The position numbers and the translations under genes are program-made. Below the pieces are notes generated by a model. That model saw nothing but the letters and a program-made list of their open reading frames with translations. It had not been told where the DNA came from and ran no database searches. A DNA stretch of 59,895 nt from a virus (lineage: Duplodnaviria; Caudoviricetes), in the IMG/VR virus record IMGVR_UViG_3300011338_000749, positions 1 through 59,895 of that record. The stretch is one strand, 5' to 3'. Shown in pieces: positions 52,694-59,895 of this stretch (positions within the stretch are counted from its first letter, which is position 1; the number at the start of each line of letters is the position of its first letter).

Positions 52694-55600
52694 TGCGGGG
52701 CTCCTGCCTGTTGTTGACGTTGCAGCAGCATCTTGCTGATCGGATCATTCGGGAACAGCGTAGGGTACATCAAGCTGGGCGAAACCTGAGCGGGAACCGC
52801 GGGCGGCGGGCCCATACGCAGGTTCGGCATACCGCGGCTCTGCGGAGCAGGTGGCAGCTTGCGCAACATTGATGCAGCGCTGTTCTGGCTTGCTGGTGCA
52901 GCCTGTGCAGCGGGCGCGGTGTCTTCCCCCTGTGCCAACTGTGAAGCCTCCAAGCCCGCGATCCGCGCAGGTTTGGGCACGTACTTGGTTGGCGAGATGC
53001 CAATGTCTTGCAGCATGCCTGCCAGCTTCTTGGCTTCTGCGGGGGTGCCTACGCGAGTGATTGCCTTGGCAAACCCTGGGTCTTCCAGGGCCTTAGTGAA
53101 AAGGCGCTGATACAGCTGTTCCTCAATACTACCGGTCAGGCGCAGCATGATGGCCAGAGCACCCGTACTTGGATTGATACGGCCTACCGCCGTTTCGCGC
53201 ATGGTGGTGGTCAGGAACTGAATGCCCGAACCGAACAAGCGTTTCATTGCCTGATCGGTCGAATCAAACGCGGGCACCTGCCCTGTGACATCTGTAAACG
53301 CGAAGACGCGGCGCTGCAGGTCAGCAAGTATCTTCAGGCGTTCTATATGCTCAGTGTCCTTAAACAAGACGCTCAATGACTTCTGGTTGTTTTGCCAAAA
53401 ATCTTGCAGTGCCGCTCCTTTTTGCACGCCTCCTGTTGCAATTTCCCATACTTGGCGACGCAAGGCAGCCAAGCTATCCGGGTCCTTGCCTACCTGGTCG
53501 ACCAGCACACGCATGGTAGCCGGGTCACGCAACGCGGTGACCAGAATCTGCTGTGGATCAGCGTCGGGACGGCTGGCCTTGGCCAATAGGTTGTCCAACT
53601 CGTTGTTTGTAGCTTCCACACGGCGGCGATCAATGTCGCCCATGCGCTTGGCAAAGTCATCAGCGTTGGCCACTTCATCGCGCAGGCGCTGCTGTATCGG
53701 GGCAGGCAGGTTATCAACAATGTTCTTGTTGTTGTCCAAGACATTCTTGATCTTTTTGGGATCAACCAGGCCTTCCGGGGTCATGACACCTTTGGTGCGC
53801 AGCCAATCAATTGCACCGTTAGTCAGCAGGCCTTCTGCGGCAGGGTTGTTGCCCAAAGTGACTTTCAATTGGCGCAAGTTGTCGGCTGTCCTAAATGCTG
53901 TGCGCATCAAGTCTTCGTTGGGCAGGAGAAACTCCCGGCCCCCGGCCTTTTGCGAAGTCAAGAGCAGCGGCAAGCGTCGCTCATAGCCTGCACTGTAGTC
54001 GTCCAGTGCCATCTTCATGGCTTCGTATTCTCTGCTGACCTTTGGCACCGATCCAAGGACCAAAGCCTCAACGTCCTTAAAGCCAGCGTTACCGCGATCC
54101 AGTTTGAGCTGCGCGTCCGAGATCCGCGTTCCGCGGCCCGACATCAGTGAGCTGTTGAACGAGTTGACCGCATCGTGACGCGCACGCTGGCCAGCGGCCA
54201 GCAAGTCCAGCGCTTCGGGGATGTTGATGTCGATGTTGGTGCCCTCGCGGGCAATCAACTCGGCGTCAAATTTAAGTTTTTCTGGGTTGATGTAAATGGG
54301 GCGGCCAGGGATACCGGTGGCCACCGCCACCTCGCCCTTGTTGCCGCCTTTGGCCGTGATGCCCGCAGCCTTTTGGATGGTCATCTGCCGGGCCAGCTCG
54401 TCTGCCGCTTTCTTGCCCTTAGTGCCGGAAGGATTGATCAGGGCACGGACGTTGGCCATCACCTGTTCGCGCAGAGTCTCGTCAAGCGGGTAGCCTGCCA
54501 ACTGCTCATTCACGCGTTGATCAATCAGCGATTCAGTGGCCTGCTTCAATGCAACCTGACGTGCCTTGTCCGTGTTCTGGACCATGTCTTGCAGAATCTT
54601 GATGGGCTCCGGCATGGGCCCGCCCTTGGTTGCTGTTGCGCGGGCCGGGTTGTACTTGGCCACCAGCGCGCGGGCAGCTTCTTCAATGTCGTAGGCAGGA
54701 TACTGGGGTAGGGTTTTCCCTGCATCGGGGCCTTCGCGAAAGCGCGTGTCGCCCAGAGTTCCGTCAGGATTGACAGCGCGTTTCATGCCCAGCCTGGACA
54801 GGATCTTTTGGCGCATGCCAAAGTCGGCTTCCATGTCGGCCATGAGAACGCCGCGCAGCTCATTGTTGATCTGGTCAATGTCCTGAGGGCCGAGGCGCTC
54901 GGACAGCGCAGCAACTTCCGCGTCCGTCATGTCCTTTTTCTGGCGCAATAAGCCCTCAAAGAAGTTCTGGCGCTCCTGTTGAGCAGCAAGAAATGCCTGT
55001 TCAATAGGTTGACGGGCTTCAGGAGCAAACGACTGCATCAGGCTATTGAACTTGACCCCGTTCTCTCCTGTCCGCACCTTAAATGCGTCCATGTCGGTTG
55101 GCGGCAACTTTTCAAGATACTCCGTTGTTTTTGACAACAGGGCCGGAGACATAGTTTGCTCTGCCTCGTTAAATCTGAAACCGAGCTTTGCAATCTCTGG
55201 GTCGGACAGTGCGCTTTCCAGTTGCTTCAACGCAGCCTGTGCCTCAGCGCTTTCTCTAATAGGACCAAAAACTTTAATCAGATTTTTCTCGGCACGTCCC
55301 AGCAAGAAGCGGGGAACGATGTTGATTACGGGCAATTGATAGCCTGCCGGGAGCCCTGCTATAGCCTCGTTTTCCAATTTTCCGAGACCGCCTGCAGCAC
55401 CTTTGACTTTGTCAATGGTCCAGCCCGCAGCTCTAACGCTTGGCAAACTGGCAGCGGCCAATGGCAGGCCCATGAAAGCAGCGGCAGGGAGAAGTTCTTT
55501 ATACAAGTTCTTGTATGGGTTGGACTCATCCATGTTCTCTTCGACGGCCTGGCGCAGGCCCTCGTAGCCTGCTCCGAAAGCAATGTCTGTGGCAGCAGCA

Positions 55601-56085
55601 GCCAAGGGGCTCTTCTGCGCATACTGGATGGCGCTGTTGGCAATGGATTTCAGCACCCCTGCGCCGGGCTCTGCAGCCTTGACCAAAGGGGCAGCCTTTG
55701 CCGCGTAGGCCAACAGGCCTGTAAATGGGAGACCGCCGCCGATGCCTTCGCCCGCTGCGCGGATGTAGCGTTCCGTTGCATTGACCGGGGTGCGCTCACC
55801 TTTGTTGAAGAATTTGCCCAAAGTAAAAACCTGGTCTTCCTCCATGCGCAAGCCTTTGCCGATTGTCTTGGTGACAAAGTCAGGAAGGGCAAACAAAGCG
55901 CTGTTAAAACCCCAAGAAAAATTATTGATCAGGCCTTGCGCTGTTTTGCCTTCCGGTGCAACGCCTTCGGGGCCCGTGGCGCGCGGATCGACTTGCGTGG
56001 GCGCAGTCGCACCTTCCGCCTGCCCGACAACCTCCCCGGTCAGCATATCAATAAGTTGGCCTTGGGTATTGGTCAGCGTAGGCAT
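52690..56085 (-). CDS. Large internal virion/ejection protein (1131 aa)
   Basis: Helical and Ala-rich with N-terminal hydrophobic segments; C-terminal Y..LFPND; coupled in the operon. Confidence 0.7.
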   Translation of the reverse strand: MPTLTNTQGQLIDMLTGEVVGQAEGATAPTQVDPRATGPEGVAPEGKTAQGLINNFSWGFNSALFALPDFVTKTIGKGLRMEEDQVFTLGKFFNKGERTPVNATERYIRAAGEGIGGGLPFTGLLAYAAKAAPLVKAAEPGAGVLKSIANSAIQYAQKSPLAAAATDIAFGAGYEGLRQAVEENMDESNPYKNLYKELLPAAAFMGLPLAAASLPSVRAAGWTIDKVKGAAGGLGKLENEAIAGLPAGYQLPVINIVPRFLLGRAEKNLIKVFGPIRESAEAQAALKQLESALSDPEIAKLGFRFNEAEQTMSPALLSKTTEYLEKLPPTDMDAFKVRTGENGVKFNSLMQSFAPEARQPIEQAFLAAQQERQNFFEGLLRQKKDMTDAEVAALSERLGPQDIDQINNELRGVLMADMEADFGMRQKILSRLGMKRAVNPDGTLGDTRFREGPDAGKTLPQYPAYDIEEAARALVAKYNPARATATKGGPMPEPIKILQDMVQNTDKARQVALKQATESLIDQRVNEQLAGYPLDETLREQVMANVRALINPSGTKGKKAADELARQMTIQKAAGITAKGGNKGEVAVATGIPGRPIYINPEKLKFDAELIAREGTNIDINIPEALDLLAAGQRARHDAVNSFNSSLMSGRGTRISDAQLKLDRGNAGFKDVEALVLGSVPKVSREYEAMKMALDDYSAGYERRLPLLLTSQKAGGREFLLPNEDLMRTAFRTADNLRQLKVTLGNNPAAEGLLTNGAIDWLRTKGVMTPEGLVDPKKIKNVLDNNKNIVDNLPAPIQQRLRDEVANADDFAKRMGDIDRRRVEATNNELDNLLAKASRPDADPQQILVTALRDPATMRVLVDQVGKDPDSLAALRRQVWEIATGGVQKGAALQDFWQNNQKSLSVLFKDTEHIERLKILADLQRRVFAFTDVTGQVPAFDSTDQAMKRLFGSGIQFLTTTMRETAVGRINPSTGALAIMLRLTGSIEEQLYQRLFTKALEDPGFAKAITRVGTPAEAKKLAGMLQDIGISPTKYVPKPARIAGLEASQLAQGEDTAPAAQAAPASQNSAASMLRKLPPAPQSRGMPNLRMGPPPAVPAQVSPSLMYPTLFPNDPISKMLLQRQQQAGAPQ

Positions 56086-58523
56086 TATTGGTTCAAAGCT
56101 CGCAGTTGATTTGGACTGAATTGCTGAACTGTACCATTGGGCATACGCAAATGGACCACGGCCCGCGGGTCTTGGAGCTTGCCAATTGTGCTGCCCAAGA
56201 ACGTGAACATGTTCTTCTGCTGTGCAGGTTCCGTTGGGATCACAAATGGGTCATTCTTTGTCCCGGTATTGGGCGTGTTCATGACGTAATCATTTTTTTC
56301 AAACCCCAACTGCGTAAGCGCCTGTTGACGTGCGTTACGAAGCATGGCTTCCATGCTGCCAAACTGTTTGGCGGCCAGTTCCTTGTCAGCAAAGAACTTG
56401 GTTGGATCAGAAATGCCTTTAGCGGTTTCGCGTGCCCATTCCTGTTCCTGCACCGCAACGCGGCCGCTGTCATTTGCAGAGGCAATGTTTTTCAACACCG
56501 AGTTCATGCCGGTGCTGATTCGAGAAGCAGCATCGGCAGTGTCAAAGTTTGGCCTGACCACGCCGGTAAAGTCAACAGGAACCAAGAGGTTGTTGACCTT
56601 GTCCGAGAACCACGCGCGGGGGCCATAGGCACTGGTGTAGACGCCTTTGAGGTTGTCCAGCGTTGACAAGCTGTTGTCCAATGAACGCAGCGTGTTGCCC
56701 AGCTTAATGCGCTCAGCCTTGTCGGTCTCGATGGTTGTCGGGGCTTGGCCACGGTTCTCGACAAACGGGTTGTCGGTGTCGCGCAGGGTAAAGCGGCTGG
56801 AAACTGCGGACTTGACTGCTGGGTCGTTCGGGTCAATGCCGTTACCCACAAGCGAGCCTTGTTTGGTTTTGGTGGTGCGCATACCCATGCCGCTGTCTTC
56901 GACAGTGCCGCCGCCGTTTTGTTTTGCCTGCTCCTTGAGAAGGTCGTAATCGCCTTTGAGAATTTGCAGGTTCATTGCCTGTGCATACTTGTCCTGTGCG
57001 TCGACATCGGAGATGGCTTGCTGCAACGAAGCAGCCTTGACCTTCATGCCCAACTCGCGTTCTTGTGCGGCAATCGCAGCAAAACCTTTTGGCAAGCCAG
57101 AAGTAGCATCGGCAAGAGCCATAGCAAAAGTAGGCTTGCGGGTGCTGGCCAATTTCAAACCGGCTTCTGCAATGAGCAACAAGGCATTGGTTTTTGCCGA
57201 CTCTTTATCGCTGCCCAAAAGCTCTTCGTACAAGGGCGCGTACTCTTTCTGGGACTCGCGGATGCGGTCCATTTTGGTCTTTTCTTTGACCGCTGTCTTC
57301 AGGTCCTGGGCCAGCGTTCCGGCCTTACCTTCTTGCTGTGCAGCAAGCTTGTCGTTAATGAATGCTCCCATATCCTGTCCCACGGCATCGAAAGCTGTTT
57401 CGGGGGCGGGAAAACGTCCAAGCAGGCGCTGAGTCTCTGACGCGTTTTCTGCTGCTGTGGGATTGGCACCTCGAATGGGACGGTTGGTAGGAATTTGATC
57501 AATAAGCGCTTGCCTGCGGGCCTCTTCTTCAACGGGAGCGTTTCTTGTGCCGGGAATTTGATCAATAAGCGCTTGCCTGCGGGCCTCTTCTTCAGGAGCC
57601 ATAGGCGTAGATTGGTCGCGACCTCCAATAGATTGCAGAGCGGCTGCTCCAAAACCAACCACTGGTAGCGCGGTTCTTAAAGCTTGTGTTGCCCGAGGAA
57701 ATTGTTCCGCAGCTTGAGCGGCAGCAGTGCTTAGGCCTTGTGTAAAGGTAGGCGCGGTCAGCGGCCCCATGCCCATATAGGGAGCAAGTCTTGTCCCGGT
57801 TCCCTCTACGATTGCCCCAGCAGGAGTCTGCATCAGGGTTTCACGGCCTTGAACAACAAGGTTTGTAGGGGGCGATCCTCCAGTCATCCGTTGAAGCGTA
57901 GGTTGTGGGGCCATGAACATCCGACCAAGCGCTGCGTTGGCAGCCGAACCATACTGGCCAAGCTTATTGCCCACCATCTGCGCACCCCGCACAATGCCGC
58001 CAACAGCGTAACCTTGGGGGGCTTCAGCCCCCTGGGAAAAAGGGGGCGCACTCTCCATGCCCTCAGGCATGGGAATACCACCCTGAGGCATGGCCGGAGC
58101 GGGTTCCTGAGCGCCCATCTGATCAGGGGGCGGCGGCTGTCCACCGGGAGCTTGCGCGCCGGGAGGGGCCATGTTCTGGGCTTGGGGCAGGGCACCAATA
58201 CCGCCTTGCTGGGCACCCATCTGGCCCATCAACATGGCCAGCACCTCTGGTGGTGTTTCCATGGCAGCTTCTTCGCCCACCATTTGAGCCAGTTCCATGT
58301 ACCGAGCGTCGACCGAGCGCATATCACCGCGCAGGGTGTTCATCAGGATTTCAGGATTCTGCGGCGTACGCGCCATTGGAGGCATGTCCTCCATGTCGGC
58401 ATTGTCGTCCACGTCGTCTTCCATATCGTCCATGCCAAAACCTGACATGATGCCGGTGTTCTGAGCTTCTTTTGACAGAGGCATTGCGAACATGGCTCGC
58501 TTGAGGATGTCTTCTTTCATCAT
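56085..58523 (-). CDS. Large internal virion/ejection protein (812 aa)
   Basis: L.R.MF start; ARY.ELA.MVG...A.ETP..VL; Pro-rich linker then YAVGG. Confidence 0.7.
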   Translation of the reverse strand: MMKEDILKRAMFAMPLSKEAQNTGIMSGFGMDDMEDDVDDNADMEDMPPMARTPQNPEILMNTLRGDMRSVDARYMELAQMVGEEAAMETPPEVLAMLMGQMGAQQGGIGALPQAQNMAPPGAQAPGGQPPPPDQMGAQEPAPAMPQGGIPMPEGMESAPPFSQGAEAPQGYAVGGIVRGAQMVGNKLGQYGSAANAALGRMFMAPQPTLQRMTGGSPPTNLVVQGRETLMQTPAGAIVEGTGTRLAPYMGMGPLTAPTFTQGLSTAAAQAAEQFPRATQALRTALPVVGFGAAALQSIGGRDQSTPMAPEEEARRQALIDQIPGTRNAPVEEEARRQALIDQIPTNRPIRGANPTAAENASETQRLLGRFPAPETAFDAVGQDMGAFINDKLAAQQEGKAGTLAQDLKTAVKEKTKMDRIRESQKEYAPLYEELLGSDKESAKTNALLLIAEAGLKLASTRKPTFAMALADATSGLPKGFAAIAAQERELGMKVKAASLQQAISDVDAQDKYAQAMNLQILKGDYDLLKEQAKQNGGGTVEDSGMGMRTTKTKQGSLVGNGIDPNDPAVKSAVSSRFTLRDTDNPFVENRGQAPTTIETDKAERIKLGNTLRSLDNSLSTLDNLKGVYTSAYGPRAWFSDKVNNLLVPVDFTGVVRPNFDTADAASRISTGMNSVLKNIASANDSGRVAVQEQEWARETAKGISDPTKFFADKELAAKQFGSMEAMLRNARQQALTQLGFEKNDYVMNTPNTGTKNDPFVIPTEPAQQKNMFTFLGSTIGKLQDPRAVVHLRMPNGTVQQFSPNQLRALNQ
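57490..57594. repeat. Perfect 42-bp direct repeat, 63-bp period (EEEARRQALIDQIP x2)
   Basis: 57490-57531 = 57553-57594. Confidence 0.9.
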
Positions 58524-58529
58524 TCGTCC

Positions 58530-59895
58530 TTAAATAGCGCCTGCGACTTTTGCGCCAGCTATGGCGGCGGTGCCCAATCCGGCAAATTGTTGGAATGGGC
58601 TGGCAGCAGCCTGTAGCTGCTGGCTGCTGGACATCTGTGATGACGGAGCGCCCTTATAGATGTCCGATACAAACGCTGCTTGCTGATACGGCTGCATGTT
58701 CTTTTGCAAAGTGTTTTGACGCTCGGCGTCCAGCTCGGCTTGAGCCTGTTTCTGCTGGGCAGTGCCTAGGTTGTACAAGAAGTTGGTGTCCTGTTGGCCC
58801 TGCGCCTGCGCCTGCTGACCAAGGGCCGCGTTCTGCATACCGATGTTGGCCTGCTGCGTGCCCAGCGAACCGAGGCCCTGAGCCATCTGCGCGCCAATAC
58901 CAAATTGTTGGCCTGCCAGATTTCCAATGCCTTGGGCCATGGATTGACCAAGCTGCGATTGCTGGCCGTAGATGTTGGCCTGCTGCCCAGCAATGTTGCC
59001 GTACATACCTGAAAGTGCTGCATACTGGTTGGCTAAGTTGCCCTGCAAACCCGCTGCCGCCTGCCCAATCTGGGCTTGTTGCAATTGTTGCTGCCCCATT
59101 GTCTGGCCCACGTTTGCTTTTAAGTTTGCTGCAGCTTGGCCAATCTGAGCCTGCTGTAATTGTTGCTGGCCAACTGTCTGACCAAGATTTCCTTGCAGGT
59201 TCGCCGCGCCTTGTCCCAGTTGGGCCTGTTGAAGAGACTGCTGACCATACAGACCGCCAATACCCTGTAAAGCTTGAGCCTGTTGAAGAGCCTGCTGCTG
59301 TCCGGTTTGACCAAACTGACCCTGTAAGCCTGCTGCGCCCTGCAGTCCTTGAGCCTGTGCCAACTGGCGGCCCTGCTGCTGCTCGAACGCCTGCTGCGCC
59401 TGCGTAGATGCTTGGTTGTAGCCCTGCGACAAGCCGCCTACAATTGCTGCGTTGCGCTGCTCCGAAATAGCGCGCTCAAGCTCAGCGCGTTGCACACCCT
59501 CACGGCTGCCCCCAAAGGCCCCGGCGCGCGTGGCCTGAGCCTGCAAATTCTGGCGGGAGATATCGCCTTGGCGATTAATCTGACGAATGGATTCATCAAT
59601 CACTTGCTGCTGATACGGATTCATGAACCGCTGCGCGCTGCTTGGGTCGTACATCTGGGCAGCGCCCTGTAGCGCGCCAATGCCCTGGCCCAAGGTACCC
59701 TGTGCTTGACTGAGATCAGTGGGCCCTGCACCTGCCGCAATCTGTTCTGCCTTGCCAAGCGTAGCCAAGGACTGGCCCATGTTGGCTTGAGCATATTGGT
59801 TCGCCTTATCGTACGCGCTAACAAGGGCCACTTGGGACTGGCCCAGGTCTGCCTGCCGATACTGATCAGCCATGTTGGCTGCGCTGCCCAAGTAC
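58530..59895 (-). CDS. 3' part of the junction-spanning Gln/Gly/Ala-rich protein
   Basis: FMNPYQQQVID; AGAFGGSREG; 25-aa Gln-rich repeats; continues from ATG 1104. Confidence 0.85.
   Translation of the reverse strand, partial: YLGSAANMADQYRQADLGQSQVALVSAYDKANQYAQANMGQSLATLGKAEQIAAGAGPTDLSQAQGTLGQGIGALQGAAQMYDPSSAQRFMNPYQQQVIDESIRQINRQGDISRQNLQAQATRAGAFGGSREGVQRAELERAISEQRNAAIVGGLSQGYNQASTQAQQAFEQQQGRQLAQAQGLQGAAGLQGQFGQTGQQQALQQAQALQGIGGLYGQQSLQQAQLGQGAANLQGNLGQTVGQQQLQQAQIGQAAANLKANVGQTMGQQQLQQAQIGQAAAGLQGNLANQYAALSGMYGNIAGQQANIYGQQSQLGQSMAQGIGNLAGQQFGIGAQMAQGLGSLGTQQANIGMQNAALGQQAQAQGQQDTNFLYNLGTAQQKQAQAELDAERQNTLQKNMQPYQQAAFVSDIYKGAPSSQMSSSQQLQAAASPFQQFAGLGTAAIAGAKVAGAI
59280..59895. repeat. 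Terminal redundancy copy 2
   Basis: Matches 1-616. Confidence 0.95.

Noticed and set aside
59280-59895. Physical direct terminal repeat or diversified repeat pair
   Set aside because: Lies inside a gene; the few mismatches cluster at the contig edge like read errors

Overview
The window is an apparently complete, circularly assembled tailed-phage genome of 59,279 bp. Bases 1-616 are repeated at 59280-59895, inside a gene. The architecture is podovirus-like. A long minus-strand late region carries TerL, an SLT/PcfJ-like polyvalent protein, portal, GroES, scaffold, a Mu gpT-like major capsid protein, adaptors, two receptor-binding cassettes, a lysis cassette and four large internal/ejection-type proteins running across the junction. 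There is also a divergent early region of small genes and a replication module (PolA Leu762, UvrD-like helicase, AEP primase, SSB-like protein, SNF2 helicase, exonuclease). Capsid sequence, gene order and size resemble the HTVC023P/37-F6-type group as I recall it; a freshwater betaproteobacterial host is inferred, not shown. I saw no integrase, RNA polymerase, tRNA, reverse transcriptase or CRISPR array. Four free-standing HNH-type endonucleases are present. The most unusual signals are: (1) five exactly 24-bp CTATC-N14-GATAG dyads upstream of TerL; (2) a recurrent [FYLM]-[AN]-x-G-G motif at domain boundaries of internal proteins and in tiny basic proteins; (3) a copy of the scaffold C-terminal motif LGVPLEEY inside an early DUF6378-like protein; (4) an antisense HNH whose reverse strand is an unbroken ORF linking the holin stop to the endolysin start; (5) a symmetric IHF-centred origin-like element; (6) a pseudoknot-capable RNA downstream of the capsid gene; (7) a shared promoter/leader cassette on early genes. 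All family assignments are from motif recognition only; no searches were run.
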